Shown: positions 27,292-36,647 of the stretch, piece by piece
How the letters are laid out: every line of letters begins with the position of its first letter
Numbering within the stretch: position 1 is the stretch's first letter
Assembly: GCA_036845225.1 (NCBI GenBank)
Contig: DAIUEJ010000009.1
Location: 1,316 to 65,315 of the forward strand
Length of the DNA stretch: 64,000 bases
DNA from: Candidatus Anoxymicrobiaceae bacterium
GTDB lineage: Bacteria; Actinomycetota; Geothermincolia; Fen-727; Anoxymicrobiaceae
Direction of reading: 5' to 3'
Position numbers and translations under genes: made by a program
The notes under the pieces: model-generated
Told to the model about the DNA's origin: nothing
Database searches by the model: none
The model's input: the letters and a program-made list of their open reading frames with translations, nothing else

Positions 27292-28575
27292 TCACTCTTC
27301 CGTTCCGAGGCGCTCGAGCGCCTTTTCGAAACCCGGGTACGATATCCGGGTCCACTCCCAGCCGTCGACCACGGTCTCGCCCTCGGCAGCCAGGCCGGCA
27401 ACAGCCAGCATCATGGCGATCCTGTGGTCCGAGCTGCCGGAGACGCTGGCGCCGTGCAACCGCGCCGGGCCCTGGAGAGTCATGCCGTCAGCAGTCTCCT
27501 CTGCCGCGGCCCCCATGGCGCGAAGTCCCGCCACGGCCCCGCTTATCCGGTCCGACTCTTTGTGCCTCAACTCGTCCGCGCCTGTGATCACCGTCTTTCC
27601 TTCAGCAGCGGTAGCGAGGAGCGCCAGCAGCGTCACCTCGTCGATCGCCGCCGCGACGTCGCCCGGCGAGACCTCGATTCCCCGGAGGGCGGAGTGGCGC
27701 ACATTGATGTCGCCGACCGGCTCGCCCGAATCTGACACGCCCGAGGTGACTACGTCGCCACCCATCCTCCGCACCAGTTCCAGGAACGCGGTCCGGGTAG
27801 GGTTCAGGCCAACGCCACGGAGGGTGAGCCGGGAGCCCGGGCAGATGAGCGCGGCGGTGATGAAGAAGGCAGCCGAGGAAAAGTCGCCGGGCACCTCGAT
27901 GTCAAGAGCCTCCGGGATGCCGGGCTCGAGGCGCACCGAGAGCCCCTCCGCCCTTATTACAATGCCTGCTCTGGCAAGCATCCGTTCGGTGTGGTCGCGG
28001 GTCGGCGTCGGCTCGCGCACTATCGTTGCGCCTCGCGCCCCCAGCCCCGCCAGCAGGACCGCCGACTTCACCTGGGCGCTCGCAACGGGCGTCGAGTATT
28101 CGATGCCCGTGAGTGGGCCACCCCTTACGCGAAGCGGAGGGCGCCCGCCTTCGCCGGACGCCTCGACGGTTGCCCCCATCAGCGCAAGGGGAGCTATGAT
28201 CCTCGCCATCGGGCGCCTCATGAGGCTCTCGTCGCCACGGAAGGTGACGTCCACGGGATAAGGCGCTACCGACCCCGCCAGCAGCCGCATCGTCGTGCCG
28301 GAGTTCCCACAGTCGATCTCTCCGGGCGGCTGAGCGAAGCCCCGGCCCCCGGTCCCTTCGATCCGCAGGAGTCCGGCAGCGCGCCCGATGTCGACTCCAA
28401 GCCCTGAAAGTGCCTTGAGCGTGCTCGCGCAGTCGGCCCCGTCACTGAAGTTGGAGACGGTGGTGGTGCCGGACGCGAGCGCCCCGACCACGGCCGCGCG
28501 GTGGGAGATCGATTTGTCGCCGGGGACCGTCACCTCACCCGTGAGCGCTCCCGTCCCGCCAAACCTCGCCCGCAC
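27292..28575 (-). CDS. aroA: 3-phosphoshikimate 1-carboxyvinyltransferase (EPSP synthase)
   Basis: The 427 aa product contains …GDKSISHRA… and …LRVKESDR…-like motifs and has the two-domain EPSPS fold. Confidence 0.93.
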   Translation of the reverse strand: MRARFGGTGALTGEVTVPGDKSISHRAAVVGALASGTTTVSNFSDGADCASTLKALSGLGVDIGRAAGLLRIEGTGGRGFAQPPGEIDCGNSGTTMRLLAGSVAPYPVDVTFRGDESLMRRPMARIIAPLALMGATVEASGEGGRPPLRVRGGPLTGIEYSTPVASAQVKSAVLLAGLGARGATIVREPTPTRDHTERMLARAGIVIRAEGLSVRLEPGIPEALDIEVPGDFSSAAFFITAALICPGSRLTLRGVGLNPTRTAFLELVRRMGGDVVTSGVSDSGEPVGDINVRHSALRGIEVSPGDVAAAIDEVTLLALLATAAEGKTVITGADELRHKESDRISGAVAGLRAMGAAAEETADGMTLQGPARLHGASVSGSSDHRIAMMLAVAGLAAEGETVVDGWEWTRISYPGFEKALERLGTEE

Positions 28576-28577
28576 CT

Positions 28578-29681
28578 TCAGGCCTTTCCGAGCGATGCCC
28601 GGTAACCCAGGCTCTCGAGGTGGGCCGCGGCCTCTGCCGCCCTGTCCTCGCCCAGGACGTTCAGCGTCAGGATGCCGGTCTCGCCCTCGAGCGGATGGAC
28701 GATGCCGATATCCTCGATATTGACGCCGAGCCCGCCCACCGCGGTGGTGATCCGGCTTATCACCCCGGGCTCGTCGGGCACCGGCAGTGACACGGCGAAC
28801 ATCTCCGTTATCTCCGCTCCGGCCTTCAGTGAGAGCTCCTCGCGGGCCGCCCTGGCATCCACGAAGATCTCCCGCAGAGCCTCTGTGTCGCCCCTTGCGA
28901 GGGCTTCTTTGAGTCCCTGCAGGCTCTGCTGGTAGTCCCCCAGCTTCTCGATGATAAAGGCGCGGTTCTCGGTGACGATGTCGAGCCAGACGTCGGGGTT
29001 GCTGGCCGCGATCCTGGTCATGTCCCGGAAGCCCCCCGCGGCCACGCTGTAGATGCTCTTCATCCGCTCGCGCTCGCGCGCCGCCATCTCCATGAGCAGC
29101 AGCGAGAGCAGGTGGGGCACGTGGCTCACGGTCGCCATAGCCCTGTCGTGTGACTCCGGGTCCATCGAGATCACCCTCGCGCCCATCTCCTTGAGCAGCG
29201 CGTGGATGCGCTGGTAGGCGGTGGCGTCGGTATTCTCGTTCGGGGTGAGGATGTAATAGCGGTCGCGGAAGAGGTCGGCCCGCGCGAAGTGGACGCCCGA
29301 CTGTTCCGAGCCGGTCATGGGGTGGCCGCTGACATACAGGGCGCCCGGTGGCAGGGCTTCCTGGATCGCCTGCATCACGCCCATTTTCGCGGAGGCAATG
29401 TCAGAGACGACAACACCGTCCTCCAGCGCGGGAGCGGCTGCCTCCAACGAAGAGACCATGGCGCTTATCGGGGTGGCGATGAATACGACCTGGGCGCCGG
29501 ACGCGGCCTCGGCCGCGGTCTCGGCAATGGTATCGGCGATACGCAGCTCGCGCGCGGCATCCCTGACCTCAATAGAGGCGTCGAACGCGGCCACTTCGCC
29601 GACGCCATCGTAGTCCTTGAGCGCGAGGGCCAGCGAGCCTCCCATGAGGCCGGTGCCTATCACGGCGATTTTCTTGACCAT
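28578..29681 (-). CDS. tyrA: Prephenate dehydrogenase with a C-terminal ACT domain
   Basis: It has the Rossmann motif IAVIGTGLMGGSLA and the …SHVPHLL… motif. The C-terminal ACT domain reads …VSLPVPDEPGVISRITTAVGGLGVNIEDI…. The start is ATG 29681 (MVKKIAV, RBS AAGGTG). Confidence 0.88.
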   Translation of the reverse strand: MVKKIAVIGTGLMGGSLALALKDYDGVGEVAAFDASIEVRDAARELRIADTIAETAAEAASGAQVVFIATPISAMVSSLEAAAPALEDGVVVSDIASAKMGVMQAIQEALPPGALYVSGHPMTGSEQSGVHFARADLFRDRYYILTPNENTDATAYQRIHALLKEMGARVISMDPESHDRAMATVSHVPHLLSLLLMEMAARERERMKSIYSVAAGGFRDMTRIAASNPDVWLDIVTENRAFIIEKLGDYQQSLQGLKEALARGDTEALREIFVDARAAREELSLKAGAEITEMFAVSLPVPDEPGVISRITTAVGGLGVNIEDIGIVHPLEGETGILTLNVLGEDRAAEAAAHLESLGYRASLGKA

Positions 29682-29716
29682 CGGGACACCTTGGTTCTCG
29701 ACGGGCTGTCGGCCGA

Positions 29717-30730
29717 TCACATCTTCCTGCCGAGCGCCGGCGCGAGCGCCCTCAGTTCGTCCATCAGGCGGCCGAACTCGTCGAGGGCCAGCGACTGGGG
29801 CCCGTCACAGAGCGCGGCCCCGGGGTCGGGGTGCACCTCGATCATCACGCCGTCGGCCCCCACGGCCAGGGCGCCCTTGGAGAGCGGCCCGATCAGCTCG
29901 TGCTTGCCGGTGGCGTGGCTCGGGTCGACTATTATCGGCAGGTGGCTCACGGTCTTGACGATCGGCACGGAGCTGAGGTCCAGCGTGTTGCGCGTCGCGG
30001 TCTCGAAGGTGCGTATCCCGCGCTCGCAGAGGACCACGTTCGAGTTGCCTCCCCGGACGACGTACTCTGCCGCCATCAGCATCTCCTCTATCGTGTTGGA
30101 GAGGCCCCGCTTGAGCATGACCGGCTTGTGCATCTCGCCCGCTTCCTTGAGCAGCAGGAAGTTCTGCATGTTGCGGGCGCCGATCTGGATCATGTCCGCG
30201 TATTCTGACACCAGCTCCAGGTGCCGGACGTCGACCACCTCGGTCACAACCGGCAACCCTGTCACGTCTCGCGCTTCGGCAAGCAGCTTCAGCCCTTCGG
30301 CCCCGAGCCCCTGGAAAGAGTAAGGGGAAGTCCTGGGCTTGAAGGCGCCACCCCTGAGGATCTGGGCGCCGGCGTCCCTGGCGGCGTTCGCGGCGGCGAG
30401 CAACTGGTCCTTGCTCTCGACCGCGCACGGCCCGGCGATGACCACAAATTCGTCACCGCCCAGCTCAACCGGGCCCACCTTTACGACCGTGCTTGCCGGG
30501 TGGAACTCACGGCTCACGAGCTTGTACGGCTTCATTATCGGGACGACGCTGTCCACCCCGTCGAACGCTTCGAAGGGGATCTGCGAGATCCTCTCGCGGT
30601 CGCCGATCGCCCCGATTATGGTCTTGAACTCACCGCGGGAGAGGTGGGCTTCCGCTCCGACCTCATGCAGCTTCTCGATGACGCCCTGCACCTGCGCCTC
30701 GCTTGCCCCGTCCCGCATGACGATCATCAT
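29717..30730 (-). CDS. aroF: 3-deoxy-7-phosphoheptulonate (DAHP) synthase, type I-beta with an N-terminal ferredoxin-like regulatory domain
   Basis: It contains …VIAGPCAVES… and …KRGLS…IVDPSHATG… motifs. An N-terminal regulatory domain of about 70 aa is present, as in Thermotoga-type DAHPS. Confidence 0.88.
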   Translation of the reverse strand: MMIVMRDGASEAQVQGVIEKLHEVGAEAHLSRGEFKTIIGAIGDRERISQIPFEAFDGVDSVVPIMKPYKLVSREFHPASTVVKVGPVELGGDEFVVIAGPCAVESKDQLLAAANAARDAGAQILRGGAFKPRTSPYSFQGLGAEGLKLLAEARDVTGLPVVTEVVDVRHLELVSEYADMIQIGARNMQNFLLLKEAGEMHKPVMLKRGLSNTIEEMLMAAEYVVRGGNSNVVLCERGIRTFETATRNTLDLSSVPIVKTVSHLPIIVDPSHATGKHELIGPLSKGALAVGADGVMIEVHPDPGAALCDGPQSLALDEFGRLMDELRALAPALGRKM

Positions 30731-30821
30731 CGCCGGTCACCCTCTCAAAGATCGATATTCCTTGCCCGGGCGCGTCCCGGGCCGATGCTGGTGATAAGAA
30801 AAAGAAAGGCCTCTGCTCTGC

Positions 30822-31184
30822 TCACTCCGGCAGGTCCGTGCGCAACTGACGCGCCTCTTTCAGATACACGTGCCTCAGCTGCTCCCGCGCCTTGTCGGTG
30901 TTCATCAGCATCATCGCCCTGATCGTGCGGGGCAGAGCGCCTTCCACGTCCAGCTCCCTCGCGCATATCACCGGGATGTGGGAGAGCCCGAGCTTGCGGA
31001 CGGCCGCGGCCGGGAACTCGGCTATAAGGTCCTTGGTGGAGGTGAAGAGGATGAAGACCACGTCGTCGGTGCCCACGTCGTTGCGGTCGAGCATCTCCTC
31101 CAGCAGCTCCGTCGTCACCTCGACGATCTCTTCCTTGGTGTCGGCCTCAGCCGTCACCGCGCCGCGCAATGCCCTGACCCTCAT
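30822..31184 (-). CDS. aroH: Chorismate mutase, AroH class
   Basis: The 120 aa product is MRVRALRGAVTAEADTKEEIVEVTTELLEEM…VRKLGLSHIPVICARELDVEGALPRTIRAMMLMNT…. It aligns along its full length with B. subtilis AroH. Confidence 0.88.
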   Translation of the reverse strand: MRVRALRGAVTAEADTKEEIVEVTTELLEEMLDRNDVGTDDVVFILFTSTKDLIAEFPAAAVRKLGLSHIPVICARELDVEGALPRTIRAMMLMNTDKAREQLRHVYLKEARQLRTDLPE

Positions 31185-31954
31185 TGGCCCTCCTTAACCT
31201 TTCCCCAGTCCTCGAGCCCCGTCTGCCCGTAGAGCTCGCGCACCTCCGCGCCCGTGAGCTCCCTCGACTCTCCGGGCTTCAGCCTTCCGAGCCCCAGAGA
31301 TCCTATACGCACCCTGTTCAGCGACACCACCCGATAGGAGAGGTGCTCGAACGTCCGCCTGATCTGCCTCTTCCTGCCCGCGTGTATCACCAGGTCTACC
31401 TGTGCCATGCGGCCGCTGGTCCCCACGACGGAAGCCTTTGCCGCTCCTGTTTCTCCGTCCTCGAGCCGCACTCCTTTTCGCAGCCGCGCAATATCTTCCG
31501 GGCGCGGCACCGGCTCCACCTCGACCATGTATTCACGCGGCACTCCGTACCGCGGGTGCATCAACCTGTTGGCGAGGAAGCCGTCGTTCGTTAAGAGTAT
31601 AAGTCCGGTCGAATCCATGTCCAGCCTGCCCACCGGGAACAGCCGCAGCCCTCTGCTCGCATCGAGGGGGATCTGATCGAGGACCGTCGGGCGCCCCTGC
31701 GGGTCCGTCGCGGTGCTCACGACGCCAGCGGGTTTGTTCAGCGCGAAATAGGCCAGCTCTCCCTCCGGCTCGACCGCGATCCCGTCGACTTCTATGGCGT
31801 CTCTGCCGGCGATCCCCCTGTCACCCAGGGAAGCCGTCTTCCCGTTCAGGGTCACCCTTCCCGCCAGGATCAGCGCTTCCGCCGCCCTCCTCGAGGCCAC
31901 CCCCGCCCTCGCCAGGATCTTCTGTACCCTCTCGGGCTGGTTTTCCGACGTCAC
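31181..31954 (-). CDS. rluB: 23S rRNA pseudouridine synthase, RsuA/RluB family
   Basis: It has an N-terminal S4 domain (VQKILARAGVASRRAAEALI) and the catalytic …FPVGRLDMDSTGLILLTNDG… motif. Confidence 0.9.
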   Translation of the reverse strand: MTSENQPERVQKILARAGVASRRAAEALILAGRVTLNGKTASLGDRGIAGRDAIEVDGIAVEPEGELAYFALNKPAGVVSTATDPQGRPTVLDQIPLDASRGLRLFPVGRLDMDSTGLILLTNDGFLANRLMHPRYGVPREYMVEVEPVPRPEDIARLRKGVRLEDGETGAAKASVVGTSGRMAQVDLVIHAGRKRQIRRTFEHLSYRVVSLNRVRIGSLGLGRLKPGESRELTGAEVRELYGQTGLEDWGKVKEGQ

Positions 31955-32645
31955 CCATGTCCTCCTCGAGCTCCCAGGAGAGGCTCCTCTTTATCTTCTC
32001 GATGGTCGCTTCATCAGGTGCGAACTCCTCAAGGGCGGGCATGTCGTCCAGGCTGCGGAGCCCGAACCTCTCGAGGAAGCGGTCGGTGGTGCCGTAGAGC
32101 GCGGCGTAGCCCGGGGGGCCACCCCTGCCGACGGCCTTGACCAGCCCGCGGTTCTCGAGAGTCTTCATGACTCCCTCGGACTGGACGCCACGGATCTCGG
32201 CGACAACGCCTCGCGAGACCGGCTGCAGGTAGGCGACTATCGCCATCGTCTCGAGCGCGGCCCTGGTGAGCCGCGGGTTGACCTGCGACCTGATGAGCCT
32301 CGATATGTAGGGGGCCGCATCCGGCGACGAGTAGAAGCCGAACCCGCCGGCCACCTCGCGTATCACCAGCCCGGAGTCCTGCGAGGCGTAGGAGTCGTGG
32401 AGCCTGTTCAAGATCTCTCGGACGGCGCCCTGGTCGAACCCGGTTATCTCCACGATCATCCCCGCGCTCAGCGGCTCCGGGGAGACGAAGAGCAGCGCCT
32501 CGATCACGCTCATCTTGTCCGCGTCCGAAGATGCGGGCATCGGCGCCGGGCGCTCTGCTTCCGCGCCGGCTCTCTCGACCGCGTCCTCGCCTTGCCCGTC
32601 AAGCGACATTGCTGTCCGCCTCCCGCTTGCTGACCTCGATCTCAC
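31821..32645 (-). CDS. scpB: Segregation and condensation protein B
   Basis: It has tandem winged-helix ScpB domains (…IEALLFVSPEPL…, …LETMAIVAYLQPVSRGVVAEIRGV…) and a Gly/Glu-rich tail. The likely start is the internal Met at about 32513. The tail overlaps the rluB 5' end. Confidence 0.85.
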   Translation of the reverse strand: MRSRSASGRRTAMSLDGQGEDAVERAGAEAERPAPMPASSDADKMSVIEALLFVSPEPLSAGMIVEITGFDQGAVREILNRLHDSYASQDSGLVIREVAGGFGFYSSPDAAPYISRLIRSQVNPRLTRAALETMAIVAYLQPVSRGVVAEIRGVQSEGVMKTLENRGLVKAVGRGGPPGYAALYGTTDRFLERFGLRSLDDMPALEEFAPDEATIEKIKRSLSWELEEDMGDVGKPAREGTEDPGEGGGGLEEGGGSADPGGKGDPEREDGFPG

Positions 32646-33342
32646 CGAAAATCTTCCTCTGCTTGAGGTCCACTTCGTTGCGCTTGTACAGCTCGAGCAC
32701 CGCGAGGAACGTCGCGATCACCTCCAGCTTCGATGAACACTCACTGATGAGCTCGCTGAACTTCACCTTTCCCTTCTTCGCGACCCGCGCCCGGACATCC
32801 TCGATGCGCTCGGCGACGGATATCTTGATGGGCGCTATGTACGAGGTATCGACGCGCTCGGTCGCCCTTTCTATCAGCAGGTCCATGAGCGCGCGGGCGA
32901 GGTCGGTGGTGACCACCCCGTCGAAAGGGTCGGGGTAGAGGGACGCGTAATCATCCTCGAGCTCGCGGGTCCGTGGCACGTACCACCCGTGCTCCGCGTA
33001 CTGCTCCTGGAGCCAGTCGGCCGCGCTCGCGAACTGCTTGTACTCGATGAGCCTCTCGACGAGGAACTCCCGCGCGCTCTCCGTCTCCTCGGCGGCTTCG
33101 CCCTCCTCCTCCTCGGGAGGTATCAGCGACCGCGCCTTGATGAGCAGGAGCGTAGCCGCAATCAGCATGAACTCGGTGGCGGAATCCAGGTCGAGCTTCG
33201 GCGCCGCCTCCATTTGCTCCAGGAAGGCGGAAGTTATCTGGGCGACCGGTACCTGGTGGATGTCCAGCTCCTGCCTCATGATGAGCTGGAGCAGCAGGTC
33301 GAACGGCCCCTCGAACACCTCGATCTTGACCTCGAAGCTCAA
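32599..33342 (-). CDS. scpA: Segregation and condensation protein A
   Basis: The 247 aa product begins MSFEVKIEVFEGPFDLLLQLI and has ScpA/kleisin N- and C-terminal domains. Confidence 0.9.
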   Translation of the reverse strand: MSFEVKIEVFEGPFDLLLQLIMRQELDIHQVPVAQITSAFLEQMEAAPKLDLDSATEFMLIAATLLLIKARSLIPPEEEEGEAAEETESAREFLVERLIEYKQFASAADWLQEQYAEHGWYVPRTRELEDDYASLYPDPFDGVVTTDLARALMDLLIERATERVDTSYIAPIKISVAERIEDVRARVAKKGKVKFSELISECSSKLEVIATFLAVLELYKRNEVDLKQRKIFGEIEVSKREADSNVA

Positions 33343-33351
33343 ATGCCGCTC

Positions 33352-34338
33352 CTACAGCGTTCCTATGTTCATCGCCCGCCTGGCCCGCGCCAGCGACTCG
33401 TCCACTATCGGGTTCACCTTCTCGGCGCCGGAGGCCAGGATATCGGCCACCACACCGGGCTTGCGCGCCAGCTCCTCGCGCCTCTCCCTGAACGGCCCCA
33501 GGTCCGCCGCTATCCTCTCGGCGAGCCGGTCCTTGCAGTCCGTGCAGCCCGTGAGCGCCTGCTCGCATTCGCGCGACACCCGGTCGAGCTCTTCGGGGAA
33601 ATAGACGCGGTAGAGCGTGTACACCGTGCACACCTCTGGATGCCCCTTGTCCTCGCGGCGCTTGCGTGCCGGGTCAGTAATCATCTTGCGTACTTTCTTT
33701 GAGATGGCTTGGGGCTCGTCGTCCAGGCCGACGTAGTTGTCGTACGACTTGGACATCTTGCGCCCGTCCGTGCCCGGGATCTTCGGGGCCTTCGAGAGTA
33801 TCGGCTGCGGCTCGGGGAACGTCGCACCGTACAGCGAGTTGAAGTCCCTCGCTATCTCGCGGGTCAGCTCCAGGTGCGGCAACTGGTCCTCCCCGACCGG
33901 CACCAGCTCGGCGTCCACCGCCAGGATGTCGGTCGCCATCAGCACCGGATAGCCGAGGAAGCCGTATGTGTTCACCACGCGCGAGTCCAGCTCCCGCAAC
34001 TGCTCTTTGTAGGTAGGGTTGCGCTCGAGCTCGCCCAGTGTGATGACCATCCCTAGGGACAGCACCAGCTCAGGGATCCCGTGGATGTCGGACTGCCTGT
34101 AGATAGTGCATTTGCCCGGGTCGAGGCCCGCGGCGAGCCAGTCCAGCACCATCTCGGTCGTCCAGGTGCCCAGCATGGAGGTGTCCCGGTAGCCGGTGGT
34201 AAGGGCGTGCCAGTCCGCGACGAAGAAGAAGCACTCATTCGTGTCCTGCAGGCCGATCATGTTCTTGAGGTTGCCGTGATAGTGCCCCAGGTGGAGCCTG
34301 CCGCTCGGCCGGTAACCGCTTACTACCCTGTCTTTCAA
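33352..34338 (-). CDS. trpS: Tryptophan--tRNA ligase
   Basis: It carries the class I synthetase HIGH motif (…GRLHLGHYHG…) and the KMSKS motif (…RKMSKSY…). Confidence 0.95.
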   Translation of the reverse strand: MKDRVVSGYRPSGRLHLGHYHGNLKNMIGLQDTNECFFFVADWHALTTGYRDTSMLGTWTTEMVLDWLAAGLDPGKCTIYRQSDIHGIPELVLSLGMVITLGELERNPTYKEQLRELDSRVVNTYGFLGYPVLMATDILAVDAELVPVGEDQLPHLELTREIARDFNSLYGATFPEPQPILSKAPKIPGTDGRKMSKSYDNYVGLDDEPQAISKKVRKMITDPARKRREDKGHPEVCTVYTLYRVYFPEELDRVSRECEQALTGCTDCKDRLAERIAADLGPFRERREELARKPGVVADILASGAEKVNPIVDESLARARRAMNIGTL

Positions 34339-34376
34339 ACAAGCACCTCCGTTAGACCGCCGGCTTCAAGCCGCAG

Positions 34377-35006
34377 TCAGTGTCCCATCGCCGCTGCCAC
34401 CCACCGGAACAGGGGGTTCAGCAGCCTGAAGAAAGCACCGTTGGTCCCCCACACGATCACCAGTATTATGATGAACCCGAACGGCGCGAGCCGCTCGTAA
34501 GTGTCACGCGCGCTGTCCGACAGGAAGTATTCGAGGACATGAGAGCCGTCGAGGGGTGGTATCGGCAGCAGGTTGAACACCCCGAGTACGATGTTGATCT
34601 CGACGATGGCGAACAGCAACCTGAAGACCTCTATAGCATGTACGCCCACCGCGTTTAGGATCGCCCCGATTCCCGTAAAGATAGCCGCGATCGCGAAGTT
34701 GGTGACCGGCCCGCCGAGCGCGACCAGCACCATGTCGTGCCTCTTCTTCAAAAAGTACGGGTTGACCGGCACGGGCTTCGCGTACCCGAACACCATGGCC
34801 CCACCGGTCAGCACCAGCAGCCCGAGCGGGAGCAGGATCGTCCCGAACGGGTCGATGTGCGGTATGGGGTTCAAGGTCAGCCGCCCCGCGTTGCGGGCAG
34901 TGTGGTCGCCTCTCCAGTCGGCGATGCGCCCGTGCATGTACTCGTGCAGGACCACGCCAATCAGCAAGCCTATGATCAGGTATGCGGCGTCTCGCCAGCT
35001 TGTCAC
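34377..35006 (-). CDS. Site-2 protease family zinc metallopeptidase (M50-like)
   Basis: It is a polytopic membrane protein with an HEYMH (HExxH) motif and a downstream …LNLLPIPPLDGSH… motif. Confidence 0.85.
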   Translation of the reverse strand: MTSWRDAAYLIIGLLIGVVLHEYMHGRIADWRGDHTARNAGRLTLNPIPHIDPFGTILLPLGLLVLTGGAMVFGYAKPVPVNPYFLKKRHDMVLVALGGPVTNFAIAAIFTGIGAILNAVGVHAIEVFRLLFAIVEINIVLGVFNLLPIPPLDGSHVLEYFLSDSARDTYERLAPFGFIIILVIVWGTNGAFFRLLNPLFRWVAAAMGH

Positions 35007-35112
35007 GATTCTCCAGTCGAAGGGTCCGGAACAATTCCGTTCATTCTATTTCTGCCCTTTTCAGCATACAAGCACAGTGAGCGCGCAAACATGAGCGGCG
35101 GCAATCCCGCTG

Positions 35113-36054
35113 CTAGGCTCGAGGGTGCGATCTCGCGTAGACCGCCCTCAGGTGGTCCCGCGTCACTTCGGTATAGATCTGGGTGGTGGCGATGCTGACG
35201 TGGCCCAGCAACTCCTGGACCACCAGCAGGCTCGCCCCTCCCTCGAGCATGTGGGTCGCGAAAGTGTGCCTGAGCCCGTGCGGGGTGACCAGCTCTTCGA
35301 TCCCCGCCTCGCGCGCGCGGCCCTTGATTATCTTCCAGCAACCCTGCCGCGTGAGCCTCCCGCCCCGGGCGTTGAGCACCAGGGCGGACGTGGAGGTGCG
35401 GCGCACGAGCACCGGCCTCGCGTCGCGGAGGTAGGCGGATGCCGCCTCGGAGGCGGCCGAGCCGAACGGGATGAGCCTCCACTTGTCGCCTTTACCGTGG
35501 GCGGTCACGACCCGCTCGACCATATCCAGGTCGCCGATGTCGAGCGCGGTCAGCTCCGAGACTCGCATTCCCGTGGCGTAGAGTATCTCCAGGATGAAGC
35601 GGTCGCGCACCGTGAGCTCGCTGTCCCCCTGAACGTCGAGCAGCCGCGCGACCTGGTCGCGCGTCAACGCGTGAGGCAGCCGGTGCGGTGTCCGGGGCGT
35701 CGCCAGCGAAGTGGTGGGGTCGGCGCCGGCGTAGCCTTCGACAACCAGAAAGCGGTGGAACATCCGCAGTGCGCTTGCCGCCTGCGCCATCGACCTCGGC
35801 GAAAGGGAGCCGCCTTCCCCTTCGCTGAGTGAGGCCACGAAGGCCCTGGCCTCGTCCTGGGTCACCTGGTCGGGCTCCACGATGCCCTGCCGCTGGAGGA
35901 ACTCCGCATAAGAGCGCAGCACCCGCCGGTAAGCCGCCAGGGTGTTTGCGGACGCGCCTTTCTCCACCGCCATGAAATTGAGGAACTCACCGGCGCAGGT
36001 GACGATCTGCGAAGGCGCGGCGGCTTCGGTCTGACTGGAAGCCTGCGCGCTCAA
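35113..36054 (-). CDS. xerD: Tyrosine recombinase XerD/XerC (chromosome dimer resolution)
   Basis: The 313 aa product contains the …R…HxxR…Y catalytic residues (…LRHTFATHMLEGGASLLVVQELLGHVSIATTQIYTEV…). It sits in the conserved context next to the NUDIX gene and pyrG. Confidence 0.9.
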   Translation of the reverse strand: MSAQASSQTEAAAPSQIVTCAGEFLNFMAVEKGASANTLAAYRRVLRSYAEFLQRQGIVEPDQVTQDEARAFVASLSEGEGGSLSPRSMAQAASALRMFHRFLVVEGYAGADPTTSLATPRTPHRLPHALTRDQVARLLDVQGDSELTVRDRFILEILYATGMRVSELTALDIGDLDMVERVVTAHGKGDKWRLIPFGSAASEAASAYLRDARPVLVRRTSTSALVLNARGGRLTRQGCWKIIKGRAREAGIEELVTPHGLRHTFATHMLEGGASLLVVQELLGHVSIATTQIYTEVTRDHLRAVYARSHPRA

Positions 36055-36647
36055 GGCGTTGCTCCCCCCGTGAACGGGCCCGAGTCCCCGGCCAAAAAAG
36101 AGCGGGCGAGCGTTATCCCGATGATGCTCTTGGCATCGCGGATCCGGCCGTCCGATATCAGCTCGGTCGCCCCAATCAGCGGGACCTTCACGACCTGGAG
36201 GAACTCGTCGGGCTCGGGCTCGCCGCTCCCGGGCGACAGACCGCGCGCCAGGTAGAGATAGAACTTCTCGTCCGAGTAGCCCGGGGAGTTGTAGAACTCC
36301 GCCAGTGGGATGAGCTCGGCGGCCTTCATCCCGATCTCCTCGCCGAGCTCGCGCATCGCCGTGTGCTCGGGCGCCTCATCGGGGTCCAGCTTCCCCGCCG
36401 GGATCTCGAGGAGGACGCCGCGCACAGCGTGCCTGTACTGCCTGACCATCACTATCTCGCCGTCTTCCGTGAGCGGCACCATGCCCACCGCGCCCGGATG
36501 CGCCACCCTCTCCCAGGTGGCGACCCGCCCGTCGGGAAGGCGCACCTCGTCCACGAACACTTTGACGACCCTGCCGTCGAACGCCTGCGACGTGGAGAGG
36601 ACCTCGTGCTCGTTGATGTCGAACTCAGCCACCGGGCTCACCACCAC
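36051..36647 (-). CDS. NUDIX hydrolase (ADP-ribose pyrophosphatase-like)
   Basis: It has the Nudix box …GKLDPDEAPEHTAMRELGEEIG…. Confidence 0.85.
   Translation of the reverse strand: MVVSPVAEFDINEHEVLSTSQAFDGRVVKVFVDEVRLPDGRVATWERVAHPGAVGMVPLTEDGEIVMVRQYRHAVRGVLLEIPAGKLDPDEAPEHTAMRELGEEIGMKAAELIPLAEFYNSPGYSDEKFYLYLARGLSPGSGEPEPDEFLQVVKVPLIGATELISDGRIRDAKSIIGITLARSFLAGDSGPFTGGATP

Noticed and set aside
30731-30821. GC-rich palindromes (GGCCCGGGACGCGCCCGGGC) between aroH and the DAHP synthase gene, considered as a riboswitch or attenuator
   Set aside because: There is no adjacent U-tract or leader peptide and no recognisable riboswitch consensus, so it was left unannotated.
35113-36054. Tyrosine recombinase as a marker of an integrated mobile element
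   Set aside because: It is XerD in its conserved housekeeping neighbourhood (NUDIX-xerD and pyrG locus, as in Mycobacterium). No flanking att repeats or phage genes were seen.
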